Virus record (IMG/VR): IMGVR_UViG_3300021403_000008
Span: 1 to 63,254 of that record
DNA length: 63,254 bases
Direction: 5' to 3' (one strand)
DNA from: a virus
Taxonomy: Duplodnaviria > Caudoviricetes
The position numbers and the translations under genes were made by a program. This document shows, in pieces, positions 29,335-38,787 of this stretch. Within the stretch, counting starts at the first letter, position 1. The number at the start of each line of letters is the position of its first letter. Below the pieces are notes generated by a model, which ran no database searches, was not told where the DNA came from, and saw only the letters and a list, made by a program, of their open reading frames with translations.

Positions 29335-29661
29335 TCACGGGACCTCTTTCGCATAGCCAGGATGATCCGGAGTAGGACGCAGCCGCCGATCCCTCTTTGC
29401 CTTCTTAGCAGCCCTGCCTTGCGCAGTAGAGCGCGCTACATGATGGACGTGGCATATGCCCCGTAGGACTTCCGGCCGATGATCCCAGGCCTGGCCGATA
29501 TGATCAACCTCAGACGAGTCGGCTATACATAGCCCGTCCTCGCGCGGCTCGATACCAGGAACCGTTCCCCACCGGCACACCGGGTCGCGCGCTAGGATGG
29601 CATCGCACGTAGCACCCCAGCCCGGAGGCAGAGGCTCCGTCCGCCACGAGGACCCGCTCAT
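29335..29661 (-). CDS. HNH endonuclease (packaging-associated type)
   Basis: ILARDPVC...EVDHI...DH...CHVHH; upstream of terminase operon. Confidence 0.85.
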   Translation of the reverse strand: MSGSSWRTEPLPPGWGATCDAILARDPVCRWGTVPGIEPREDGLCIADSSEVDHIGQAWDHRPEVLRGICHVHHVARSTAQGRAAKKAKRDRRLRPTPDHPGYAKEVP

Positions 29662-29798
29662 AGAAGCTCCCGGCCGTAGGTTCGCCTTTCCGGACGAGTA
29701 TAGACCCAGTGGTCCATTCGTAACCTGTCCAATGCGCAGAGTAACTGCCCCGTAGAAACTCGTTCGTGCAAGAGGTTCCGCACCAGAGCAAACTGCGC

Positions 29799-29813
29799 TA
29801 TACTTGACCTAGG
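29799..29813 (+). promoter_or_regulatory. Promoter -10 module TATACT-TGACCTAGG
   Basis: Matches repeated phage module TANNNT-TG(A/C)C(C/G)TAGG. Confidence 0.6.
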
Positions 29814-29961
29814 TCCGGACGTGCGGGACCGGGAACGCTCTAGCCGTTAGGTTCGGCTAGATGCCGGTAGAGCGCGAGCTAGGCCGGGTTGACCGTTCCG
29901 CGTAAGTGCCGCCGATAGAAGCCCCAGGGTGGCGGAGATACCCCGGACGGCCGGACCTAGG
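29808..29961 (+). ncRNA. Candidate structured ncRNA A
   Basis: 11 bp closing stem CCTAGGTCCGG/CCGGACCTAGG, internal hairpins, directly after -10 box. Confidence 0.45.
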
Positions 29962-30028
29962 CCCGGAGCCGACTGCGACTAGATGCGGAAGGCTCCGGGC
30001 CTCCTACCAAAACTCTAGAGAGGCGAGT

Positions 30029-30376
30029 ATGAAGAATCGAGAGTTCATCGAGGCCATCCGCACGACCGGAACCGAAGATGGCATCGTGTGGATCGTCAAT
30101 CCGGGAACGGACGGCGAGGAAGCCGGTTCATGGGCGGTAGGCAAAGTTACCTTCCTCATGGGCGTAACTCCCGAAGACACGATCATCGAGGCGAGCCCGA
30201 CCGGCCCGACAATCCGCATCCCGGAGCTTCTCACCGCACTAGCCGAATTCGCGCCGGACGGAGACGTTCAGGTATACGTTCCCGGATGGGAAGGTCAGCA
30301 ATTCGCCTATTTCGACGTCAGGGACGTTTCCGGCGACCTCGATATCAACCTAGGCGACTGGCGCTGCGGCGGCTAG
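30029..30376 (+). CDS. Hypothetical acidic protein
   Basis: GAGAGGCGAG motif before ATG 30029. Confidence 0.7.
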   Translation: MKNREFIEAIRTTGTEDGIVWIVNPGTDGEEAGSWAVGKVTFLMGVTPEDTIIEASPTGPTIRIPELLTALAEFAPDGDVQVYVPGWEGQQFAYFDVRDVSGDLDINLGDWRCGG

Positions 30377-30467
30377 CCTAACCGACCGGAGGCCGTAGGC
30401 CGCGACAACGCAGCCTGCGGCCTCCACCACACGCGAAGGCGTAAGCTACCGCTAGGAGGAAGATAAC

Positions 30468-30680
30468 ATGCCTACGGCCACTACAAGCCCATGGGAGCCG
30501 CTTCCTAGGCGACGGAAGCCGCGAGCGGAGCACAAGCATGACGGATTGTGCGTTACCGTCTCGGTTCTTACCCATTGCTGGTGCCGCTGCCCTAAATGCT
30601 GGGACGTTAACTCTAGTAAATGCGTCTGCGCTTCCTGCCCCTGTGTCTGGCCCAGACTGTATACTCCCGCGAGGACATAG
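30468..30680 (+). CDS. Cys-rich small protein
   Basis: AGGAGG RBS; 8 Cys in CxC/CxxC patterns. Confidence 0.5.
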   Translation: MPTATTSPWEPLPRRRKPRAEHKHDGLCVTVSVLTHCWCRCPKCWDVNSSKCVCASCPCVWPRLYTPART

Positions 30681-31009
30681 CCGTATATCTCGCAACCGCA
30701 TAGAAGGCACCGAAGACACCAGTCGCAACACGGATACGGCTTATCGCAGCCGCAGAATTCCGGAGGCCGCTGTGTTATCTCGAATGGGATTCCGACTCGT
30801 TTGAAATCTTCTTCAGTATCCCTTATTTTCGCGTCAATAACCTCGTCCGGAGGCTTCTTCATTGTCGTTCCTTCCGATAGTAAAAACAGGGAAGTAATCC
30901 AAGGGTAGTTTTACTACCCTTGTCCGACTTCCGGCCTTATACCTTACGTGTTTAAGCAGGCATTATATATATAGGCATGGCTCCGGGAGCCTCACCCAGG
31001 ATAGTAATA

Positions 31010-33262
31010 CTACCCTTGGTTTCCTACCCTCTTTTTGCGCTGTGGCTTGCTGTACCATTCCGTAACCGGGCTGCCGTTATACGAGCCCGTTTCCCGGACG
31101 AGCATGCCAGCCTTAGCCATCTCCCTAGCCGTAGCTTTGACATCGTCAATAGGGTGCTGCCGCATACCGTTTGCTATCTTGCCTATCGACTTACGGCCGG
31201 AATCCGGAACGTGCTTAAGAATCAGGTTCTCAAGCCGCTTGTTCTCCGTCCTTGCCTTAACATCCTCAGACGCAATATGCCGGTATCCGTCCATCCGGCC
31301 TTCCTCGCGTACCGTGACTAGTTTCTGCTTCCGTAGAGCGGCTAGACATAGCTCCCGGAGGCTTTCCGACCGTTCCATAGCGTAAGCGGCCAGCCTCCAG
31401 TCTTCCTCCGTTAGCGCCGTCCTCATGGCTAGGACAGCGAGCCCGGCCGCGAACTTCTCCTGTGTATGGAGGAAGTGGCTCCGGAATGGATCGCCTTTGC
31501 CTTTGCGCCCATCTCTCCGAGCCTCGCGAATCTCATCAACGGCCATTCCGCAGACGTCCATTACTTCTAGCGGAACGCCGGCATCATGATCCAGATCATA
31601 GAGCCCGCGAGGAAGAGTCCACTTGATAGGCTCTGGTCTTGGCGGAATTACGTCCGGAGCCCATGGGTCGGTAGCGTCCAGGAACAGCCACCGCTGTGAG
31701 AAACCAGAGCCGTTATCGTGAACGATAATAGCAGAGCGCTCCGGCTGTACTCCGCCAATGAATACGCCACGGTACATAAATGACTTGATGAATATCCGCT
31801 TGGATACGTCGGAGTAGCCGAAGCCAAGCTGCTCCCCTGAATAGAAGTGCCGCATCTGGCTAGACAGCGTCTCGCTTCCTCGTCCCATAATCGCCTGGAG
31901 CGTATCAATCTCATACGCGGTGGGAATCGACGTAAAGGCGTGCTGGACCGTCTGCCCGTCTGCCCTATGGCCGTAATTCTTAACCAGACCTTCGCCGGAG
32001 CCAATCGGAATCCGCTCCGGTACCATGAATGGATTGAACGGCTTGCCATCCGGGCCTTCCGGCTCATCAATGGATATAGCGAGACGTGCGACGCTAGCCG
32101 CTCCACCCTTACCGGCTCCGGAGCTTCCCGTAATGGCTAGGAGCATATTCAGCGAGCCGTAGCCGACGATGATATCAGGGAGCACGAACGTAGGCGGTAC
32201 GCGAGCTACAACGTCCGCTATAACCTCTCCGAGCAGAGCCCACGGGCTTACCATCTGAGCCTGCGCCCATTGGCGAATCGTCGTCAGGTCCTCCCGCGAA
32301 TTCCAGAACCAGTCCTCGCCTTCGCCATCGAGCCTAGGCTCCATAACAGCAATCTCTGATAGCAGCCTTTCCTCTTCTACGGAAGCGACCACATTCTGCC
32401 GCGAGCCGAGCATATCCCGGAGGCCGCGCTCAGTCCACGGGTCGCGCTCATCGTAGGAGCGAAGCTGCCTAAGCAGGAGCGGGAATACGGCTCCGGTAAT
32501 CGCCTCAGCCGAAGCCTCTTTCTCCAGAGCGTTTACGAGGTTCCGGACGGCCGGATGCTGGCTCTGGTTATCGAGGTCCGGATTGTCCGGTCCAGCCGCC
32601 AGAGCCTTATCGAGTAGCTCACCGACATATCCGACTGCGCCGGTTCCGTGGACTCGCTGCTCTCGCTTTGATCGGTAGCTCGCGAGAGCGCGTAGAAGGC
32701 TCAGAGAGCCTTTCGCTACCACTGGCCCGGACACAACCCTATACGGCTTGTTGTTCGGGTGAATCGAGCCTGGCGCTCCGGTAAAGCCCGCAGTCTTGAG
32801 CGTTCCTCCGGGTATGTCTCCCTGGACCGGCCATTCATCTTGCGGAACAACAGCCCGCAAATGGCGGAAGTCTAGGTACAGGTGATACCCGCCCATACGT
32901 CCCGACGATACCGTCAGCGTCTCCGGAAACTCGATGTCCCATTCAAGAAAGGCAATCGGGTCATCAACGTCGAGAGCAACAAGGCCAGTCCTCCATGAAC
33001 AGGCGAATCCGACCTGCCACTTATCCGCCCATAGGTCGATATCGTCAGACGTCTCAATTACCTCAGGGCCATTGAAGTGGAATTCCGAGCCAGTCCCGTC
33101 TCGCCTCTTGCCGCGAGCCGATATCTTTGTGCGGGTCCTTATCCATGGGTGAACCGGGAATCCAGCAGCCGCGTAAATTCGCGCAATATCCCTCTGATTA
33201 GAATCTGCCGGAATGGCGGGAAGGACTAGCTTCCCGTTCCGGCCGTTAGGTAGTATACTCAT
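31010..33262 (-). CDS. Primase-polymerase fused to helicase-like (DUF3987-type) domain
   Basis: LVALDVD, GGYHLY, APGSIHP prim-pol motifs; GSSGAGKG P-loop; SGFSQRWLF. Confidence 0.85.
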   Translation of the reverse strand: MSILPNGRNGKLVLPAIPADSNQRDIARIYAAAGFPVHPWIRTRTKISARGKRRDGTGSEFHFNGPEVIETSDDIDLWADKWQVGFACSWRTGLVALDVDDPIAFLEWDIEFPETLTVSSGRMGGYHLYLDFRHLRAVVPQDEWPVQGDIPGGTLKTAGFTGAPGSIHPNNKPYRVVSGPVVAKGSLSLLRALASYRSKREQRVHGTGAVGYVGELLDKALAAGPDNPDLDNQSQHPAVRNLVNALEKEASAEAITGAVFPLLLRQLRSYDERDPWTERGLRDMLGSRQNVVASVEEERLLSEIAVMEPRLDGEGEDWFWNSREDLTTIRQWAQAQMVSPWALLGEVIADVVARVPPTFVLPDIIVGYGSLNMLLAITGSSGAGKGGAASVARLAISIDEPEGPDGKPFNPFMVPERIPIGSGEGLVKNYGHRADGQTVQHAFTSIPTAYEIDTLQAIMGRGSETLSSQMRHFYSGEQLGFGYSDVSKRIFIKSFMYRGVFIGGVQPERSAIIVHDNGSGFSQRWLFLDATDPWAPDVIPPRPEPIKWTLPRGLYDLDHDAGVPLEVMDVCGMAVDEIREARRDGRKGKGDPFRSHFLHTQEKFAAGLAVLAMRTALTEEDWRLAAYAMERSESLRELCLAALRKQKLVTVREEGRMDGYRHIASEDVKARTENKRLENLILKHVPDSGRKSIGKIANGMRQHPIDDVKATAREMAKAGMLVRETGSYNGSPVTEWYSKPQRKKRVGNQG

Positions 33263-33295
33263 TATGTCGCCTTTCGTAACGGTGAGCGTGACGTG

Positions 33296-33330
33296 AAGGT
33301 CCGGGCCTCTACCGAGTAGGCCCGGACCTT
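33296..33330. promoter_or_regulatory. Inverted repeat in divergent intergenic region
   Basis: AAGGTCCGGGCCT-N9-AGGCCCGGACCTT. Confidence 0.6.
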
Positions 33331-33402
33331 CTACCTTACGTCTTTGTTACTGTGATGTTCTAGTCCCGTTAACCGTAGCTAGCGCGAACGGCGAGCGTCG
33401 GC

Positions 33403-33539
33403 TATACTTGGATTGCGTGCGCGGGCCAGCTCCCGTTAACTCGCCTTTCCGGGAGACTCAGCGCATCGAGGCCGCCAGGCCTGCTAGCCGCCTGGCGGCC
33501 TCACTCATATCTGGCGAAAGGCGAGGCGAAAGGCGAGTC
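33403..33539 (+). promoter_or_regulatory. Promoter and structured leader with anti-GAAAGGCGAG loop
   Basis: TATACT 33403; hairpin 33430-33455 with loop TTAACTCGCCTTTC; two GAAAGGCGAG copies at 33516 and 33528. Confidence 0.6.
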
Positions 33540-34088
33540 ATGGTTACCAAGCATCTCCACGTCCTCGGTATAGACCCTGGCGGCGAGACTGGCTGGTGCT
33601 GGCTCACGGTCGCGCGAGCGGCTATCTTCGGCCCGGAATGGCCGGAGGTAAGCTCGTGGGACTATGGGACCTTTACCGGGCCGGAGCCTGGACAGGCTAT
33701 CGCGATTGCCCGGAAGGCCAGGGAGATACAGGGACTCGACTACCGCACCGGGCCGGCCATCGTCTCGGAGCGCTGGGACGTTGATCCTTCCTTCAAGTCC
33801 ACGGACCCGGAAACGCTGAGCCCTGTCCGCATTAACGCCCAGCTAGAGTTTCTCCATTACGAGAAACGAATGGGCGATGCGACATTGAGCTTCCAGGGCC
33901 GCACCAATACCTTTCATACCTATACGGATGAAAGGCTGAAGCGGCTAGAGCTTTATGTCCCAGGCCCGGACCATATCCGCTCCGCCACTAAGCACGCGCT
34001 AATGACGCTCCGGCGAGCCCGTGAGAAAAGAGAGCTGGCCCTAAAACTGTGGCCGTATCCGCCAAATGGAATGGATACGCCAGAATGA
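33540..34088 (+). CDS. RuvC-like Holliday junction resolvase
   Basis: VLGIDPGGETGW, IVSE, DHIRSATKHAL. Confidence 0.75.
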   Translation: MVTKHLHVLGIDPGGETGWCWLTVARAAIFGPEWPEVSSWDYGTFTGPEPGQAIAIARKAREIQGLDYRTGPAIVSERWDVDPSFKSTDPETLSPVRINAQLEFLHYEKRMGDATLSFQGRTNTFHTYTDERLKRLELYVPGPDHIRSATKHALMTLRRAREKRELALKLWPYPPNGMDTPE

Positions 34089-34213
34089 ATAGTTATCGGC
34101 CCGTTACCTAATCCGGCCTCCTAAACTCCGGACTTCCGGTAAACCTTAAGCGAGCCCTAAGCGTCTAATAGGGTAGGTGGGGGAGCAACCCCCTGGAAAC
34201 AGGAAGGCTTTAC

Positions 34214-34711
34214 ATGTTCACCAAGTCCGGGATCAAGGCATTCGCCGTATCCATCCTTTCCATCGGAGCGCTCGCGGGTACCGTGGCCTTCGCGGGTGGA
34301 GCGTCGGCCGCTACCACGGGTCAGCCCCATCCGACTCAGCTTCCGCGTGCCTGTGCGACCCACGTCCGCGCGAGCGACAACCTCCGGCTGAACCTCGGTA
34401 CGTCCAACTTCAACTACCAGGTCCGGCTCCGTCTCGCGCCCGTGTTCTTCCAGCGCGGCGTGCTCGTCATCTCCGGGACGCTCTGCGACACGAACGAGCC
34501 CATCCCGGCCGTCCTTCCGGTCCACGGCGTCATCTTCGGCCACGTGGCCGTGTTCTCCGTCTCCTACCCGACCACCGGCCCGGATGCCGGCAACCAGGGA
34601 GTCCGGACGTTCGTGGGCGTCATCGGCCCGCACGGCCAGATCGTGGGCGGCCACTGGAGTGAGACCGGGACCGAAGCCGGTTCAGGCCTCTTCAGCCTCC
34701 AGCGCATCTAG
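34214..34711 (+). CDS. Secreted hypothetical protein
   Basis: Signal peptide (ASA cleavage), beta-rich, GC3-rich codons. Confidence 0.75.
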   Translation: MFTKSGIKAFAVSILSIGALAGTVAFAGGASAATTGQPHPTQLPRACATHVRASDNLRLNLGTSNFNYQVRLRLAPVFFQRGVLVISGTLCDTNEPIPAVLPVHGVIFGHVAVFSVSYPTTGPDAGNQGVRTFVGVIGPHGQIVGGHWSETGTEAGSGLFSLQRI

Positions 34712-34996
34712 TCCACCGGCCGGAGGCTAGTCCGCCATAGCCTCCGTCCCTCCGGAGCCCGGCAGGCTCACTCCCCAGCTCCACGGGCCTGCCGGGCTCG
34801 CTCCGTCTCTAGGGACCAGTATGCGAGTCTGGATCAGGCGGCTACGCTTCCGGTACCGGAAGGTCCGCGCTCTAGTCGAGGACACCAAACCGATGCCGAA
34901 GGTGAAGCCGTTATCAAACCGTTACTCTGCAGGGAGGAAGGCATGTCTGAAGTCCGGGGTACGCTTGCCGTAGGCGAGCGATCGAAAGGCGAGAGT

Positions 34997-35638
34997 GTGA
35001 GTAAGACTGGATACGTAACCTGGGAGATTCCCGTGCCCGGCCGGTTCCTCGATGCCGTGGCGTACCTGGACCTGGAGACGCGGAAGGTTCCGTGCCGCTG
35101 GGCCTTCCCGAACGGAGTGCCGCTTGGCCGGCGCTGGATGGCCTTCCTCGCGGGAGTCGCGACTGACGGCCGTATCGTCCTAGTCGAGTCGGCCGGAGAC
35201 GAGCGGTGGTTCCTGGACGGCGTGCGCGAGGCTATCGGTTCGGCCGATACGGTCCTGTACCGTGCGACGAATACGTTCGATGAGGGAATCCTGAAAGGCC
35301 GGTATACCTACGCGCGGCGAGGCTGGGCCGATGAAGCCTTCTATCCCGCGATGCCGGACGCGGAGGACCTGACCTGGGACCGGAGGAAGCACGAGCCGGA
35401 CTCCGAGTGGCAGAAGCTCCGGGAGCGCGAGCTGGACTCCCGCTACGTGGCGGAAGTGTACGAGCGTAACTCCGGCCTTGTCCTGATCCACCTTCTACGC
35501 GACGTAGTGGAACTGATCGGCGCGTATGGCGAGCCGGACGAGGAAGCCGAAGCGTGGTGCCGTAGGGTCCTGACGGACGCCACCTACGCTGACGCCGTGA
35601 TCTTCGGTGGCGAACCGGACTCCGACCAGGGAGTCTGA
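34997..35638 (+). CDS. Hypothetical protein, possible RNase H-fold exonuclease
   Basis: YLDLET, NTFD, LLRDV acidic motifs; GAAAGGCGAG before GTG. Confidence 0.55.
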   Translation: MSKTGYVTWEIPVPGRFLDAVAYLDLETRKVPCRWAFPNGVPLGRRWMAFLAGVATDGRIVLVESAGDERWFLDGVREAIGSADTVLYRATNTFDEGILKGRYTYARRGWADEAFYPAMPDAEDLTWDRRKHEPDSEWQKLRERELDSRYVAEVYERNSGLVLIHLLRDVVELIGAYGEPDEEAEAWCRRVLTDATYADAVIFGGEPDSDQGV

Positions 35639-35639
35639 A

Positions 35640-35741
35640 AAAGTTTTAACAATCTTGGGCCCGGAGGCCGCCAGACCTCCGGGCCTGAGGTATAGTTGAT
35701 CTTGTTGGGCCGGAACGAGGCCCTAGGCGAAAGGCGAGAAA
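35640..35741 (+). promoter_or_regulatory. Hairpin-promoter-RBS cassette
   Basis: AAAGTTT; IR 35658-35667/35676-35685; TATAGT 35691; GAAAGGCGAG. Confidence 0.7.
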
Positions 35742-36410
35742 GTGACGAACGCGAACGAACTGAAGCTCCACCTCCAGGAGTGGCTGCGGAAGCCGACTGA
35801 GGACCTGGCTACCCACCTCCGCGAAGCCCACGGCCTGACCGGCGATCTTCCGAAGCTCAAGACCAAGCTGGCCCAGCTCCACGGCCAGCAGGACCACGAG
35901 GACGCTCCCGCGAAGGACGCGGCGAGCCAGAAGGACATCAGTGTCCTGGCCGGCGTGACCCGGCCGAAGGAAGAGACGGCGAAGGCCGCGACCAAGGCTC
36001 CGGCCCGTAAGGCTCCGGCGAAGGCCGCTGCGAAGCCCGCGAGCCCGAAGACCACGACCCGGAAGACTCCCGCCGCGAAGGCGGCTCCGAAGCCCGCTCC
36101 GAAGCCCGCTCCGGCCAAGGCAACAACGCGGAAGGCCGCGACTCCGAAGCCCGCGAGCAAGGCTCCCGCGAAGGCCGCCAGTAACGGCAACGCTCCGGTC
36201 GCCTCCGTCCGCGAGGTCAACCAGACCGTAGCGCGGAAGCTCGCGAACCTCGCGGCCGAAGCGTTCGGCTCCGAGTCGGACGAGGTCAAGGCGAAGGTCG
36301 CCTACTGGCTCCACTCCCTCCCGACTGGCGGCGAAGGCGGCTCCTGGAACCGCTGGTGGCCGGAGAGCCTTCCTCGTCCGGAGACGGCCGACTGGCGCGC
36401 TCCCGCCTAG
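35742..36410 (+). CDS. Histone H1-like Ala/Lys/Pro-rich protein with conserved Trp-rich C-terminal module
   Basis: KAPAK/KPA repeats; WLHSLPTGG...RWW...LPRPETADW. Confidence 0.8.
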   Translation: MTNANELKLHLQEWLRKPTEDLATHLREAHGLTGDLPKLKTKLAQLHGQQDHEDAPAKDAASQKDISVLAGVTRPKEETAKAATKAPARKAPAKAAAKPASPKTTTRKTPAAKAAPKPAPKPAPAKATTRKAATPKPASKAPAKAASNGNAPVASVREVNQTVARKLANLAAEAFGSESDEVKAKVAYWLHSLPTGGEGGSWNRWWPESLPRPETADWRAPA

Positions 36411-36977
36411 TCCGTCCTCCCGAATCGTGCCCGGCCTCTCCGGAGGCCGGGCAGAAAGGTTTTTAGCAATGAGAATGGGGTTTAGCTGGCCCATCGGACG
36501 CGGCCGGAGGATGTGGATATCGGGCTCGCTAGTCGAGTGGCTGACCTGGATTCCTCTCTTCGCTATCGCGTGGGCCGTGTGCTGGATAATCGGCGGAACG
36601 GCCTACGGTATATTTGCCGCTATCCGCGCTCTCTACCGGAAGGTGAAACATTAATGGAGGACGAGCTAACCTGGCAGCCGCTACGCCGCTCTACCGTCAC
36701 GGGGCACCGGGTATCCCTCCGTCCCGGCTACCGGCCCGTAGAAACCAGGAGACTGGGCTTCTGGGCCTGGCTCGCGGAGATACCGCTACGGCAGATGGCG
36801 AAGTCCATGGCGACGGAGCCCGACAACAAGCGCTGGTTCCAGGAAGAGCGGGACGATGAAGAATCTCCCGCGTAAAGCGCTGACCTTCCTTCTAGCTCTC
36901 GCGGCGGTAATGGTGATCGTCGCGACCTTCGCGGACATCATCCGCTCTCACCACCACTAAATCTCGAAAGGCGAGAA

Positions 36978-37724
36978 ATGAGTAACCACATTCAGCACCA
37001 GACCCAGGGCCTTCCCTTCCCAGAGAACCAGCCCGCTCCGGAGCCGCGAGGCGAGGCGAAGAATGACGGGCTTGCCGTCATGGCCCTGATCTTCGGCTGG
37101 ACCTTCTTTCCGGTCGGCCTGCTCTTCGGCCACATGAGCAACCACGCCGCGAAGCGAGCGAACCGCAGGCGTTCCGTCCTCGCCATCGTCGGCCTCGTGG
37201 GCGCGTACTGGTGGACGGTCGTGGTAGTCATCTTCATCGTCGCCGGTATCGCCGGAGGCGCAAGCGGGAGTCCTACGGTGGCTCCTACGGTCATCACGCC
37301 GTCCAGCGCCGCTCCGCTCGCGCCGGTCACGCCCAAGCCCGCTCCGGCCACTCCGGAGCCCGCGACGGCGACTCCGGCTCCGGCGACGGAAGCTCCGGCC
37401 GCTCCGGCAGCGCCGGTCATCTCCGCGAGCCAGGCGCAGGCTCTCGACTCCGCGAAGTCCTACCTCAGCCTGGGCACCGGCTTCAGCCGCGCCAAGCTGA
37501 TCGAGCAGCTGAAGTTTGAGAAGTTTTCGACGGCCGACGCCACATGGGCCGTGGACCACTCCGGAGCCGACTGGGACGCGCAGGCTGTCGAGTCCGCGCA
37601 GGGCTACACCAAGCTGGGTACCGGCTTCAGCCGTCAGTCGCTCATCGACCAGCTCACCAGCCCGTACGGCGAGCAGTACACGCAGGCCCAGGCGACGTAC
37701 GCGGCCGGGAAGGTCGGCCTGTAG
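36978..37724 (+). CDS. Ltp-family surface protein (putative superinfection exclusion)
   Basis: N-terminal TM helices, Pro/Ala linker, two repeats A..SA..Y....GFSR..LI.QL. Confidence 0.85.
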   Translation: MSNHIQHQTQGLPFPENQPAPEPRGEAKNDGLAVMALIFGWTFFPVGLLFGHMSNHAAKRANRRRSVLAIVGLVGAYWWTVVVVIFIVAGIAGGASGSPTVAPTVITPSSAAPLAPVTPKPAPATPEPATATPAPATEAPAAPAAPVISASQAQALDSAKSYLSLGTGFSRAKLIEQLKFEKFSTADATWAVDHSGADWDAQAVESAQGYTKLGTGFSRQSLIDQLTSPYGEQYTQAQATYAAGKVGL

Positions 37725-37739
37725 GAATCTCAAAGAACC

Positions 37740-37789
37740 ACGCCGCTAGGTCTAGACTTCACGGGCCTAGCGGCGTAGTCTTGCCTTAT
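37740..37789 (+). promoter_or_regulatory. Hairpin-promoter cassette
   Basis: IR ACGCCGCTAGG/CCTAGCGGCGT; TAGACT-17 bp-TAGTCT. Confidence 0.6.
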
Positions 37790-37933
37790 AAGTGAAGAGG
37801 TTGGGCGCGAACCGGGATCTAGGCTCCGCTTGCGGAGGACGGTTAAGACCAACATGGTAACGCTAGGCTGGTGGAAGCTAGCGGCCGGAGGTAAGTCCCT
37901 CCGGTTGGGACGGCCAGGCGCGCCTCTTCACTT
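37790..37933 (+). ncRNA. Candidate structured ncRNA or leader B
   Basis: 11 bp closing stem AAGTGAAGAGG/CCTCTTCACTT, three internal hairpins. Confidence 0.5.
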
Positions 37934-37955
37934 CTAAGGCGAGAAAGGCGAGACG

Positions 37956-38198
37956 ATGCGTAAAATGGCGAATGACGCGAAGACCATCGCGAAGTCGGCT
38001 GCCCTGGTGGCCGTAGTCCTCTGGGTCCTCTCCAAGGTCCAGGTCCACGCGAACGTAGCCGGAGCTTCCTGCTCGGCTAGCGTCCTCGCGCTTATCGCCG
38101 TAGTGGTCGGCCTAGCCGTCCTCGCCGGAGTCGCGCTAATCGGCTATGTCGTTATCCGCGAATTCCGGGCCGGTGTCTACCGGCCGAAGCACGCTTAG
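37956..38198 (+). CDS. Membrane protein
   Basis: Two TM segments; GAAAGGCGAG motif. Confidence 0.7.
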   Translation: MRKMANDAKTIAKSAALVAVVLWVLSKVQVHANVAGASCSASVLALIAVVVGLAVLAGVALIGYVVIREFRAGVYRPKHA

Positions 38199-38210
38199 AA
38201 AGGCGAGAGA

Positions 38211-38477
38211 ATGCCGTATAACCTGACCCAGTCCGACTGGGATGAAGTCGGCCGGATAACCGGCGAGATCATGGAGAACTACCCGGCCAACAAGAGCGCA
38301 TTCGAGTACCACGTGCGCCGCGTCCTCGCGAAGGCCATCGTCACGGCCCAGGACGAGTATGACGCGAAGCTCGCGGACGAGACGACCCACAAGTGGGAAT
38401 TCGGCCAGCACGCCATTTCCGACTGCCGCATTGACTGGTGCGGCCGCTACCGGGGTCAGCGTCGTGAGTCACAGTAA
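38211..38477 (+). CDS. Hypothetical protein
   Basis: GAAAGGCGAG motif before ATG. Confidence 0.75.
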   Translation: MPYNLTQSDWDEVGRITGEIMENYPANKSAFEYHVRRVLAKAIVTAQDEYDAKLADETTHKWEFGQHAISDCRIDWCGRYRGQRRESQ

Positions 38478-38787
38478 AGGCTTCCTACGCGGGACCTGCC
38501 CCGGTAACCTCAGGAAGTCGGGAAGGCCGCGCGACGGGCAGCAGAACTATAAGTGCGGCCGATGCGGAATGCTGAAGCATAAGCGCGTCCGGAAGTGCTT
38601 CCTATTCCACCACTACGTCAACTCCGGTAAGCCGGACCACGGCCACCAGAAGCAGAGGTGCGACCGCTGCGGGAATCCGAATCAGGCATTCCTCCGGGGA
38701 TGCGGGATTATCCGGGCCTGCCGCTACCATCGATGCGATAAAGTGCCCGGCCTCCATTGCCGGCGCTGCGGACGAGGACGAGGATGA
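38464..38787 (+). CDS. Basic Cys/His-rich protein with repeated CxRCG
   Basis: CGRCG, CDRCG, CRRCG. Confidence 0.55.
   Translation: MSHSKGFLRGTCPGNLRKSGRPRDGQQNYKCGRCGMLKHKRVRKCFLFHHYVNSGKPDHGHQKQRCDRCGNPNQAFLRGCGIIRACRYHRCDKVPGLHCRRCGRGRG

Noticed and set aside
30452-30862. Minus-strand Cys-rich ORF overlapping 30468..30680
   Set aside because: Both strands look partly plausible and cannot be resolved by eye; only the one with the AGGAGG RBS is listed
35646-37733. Long antisense ORFs (also 53856..54752, 56914..57642, 15606..16445, 26305..27282)
   Set aside because: Shadow frames of GC3-rich sense genes, lacking RBS and motifs
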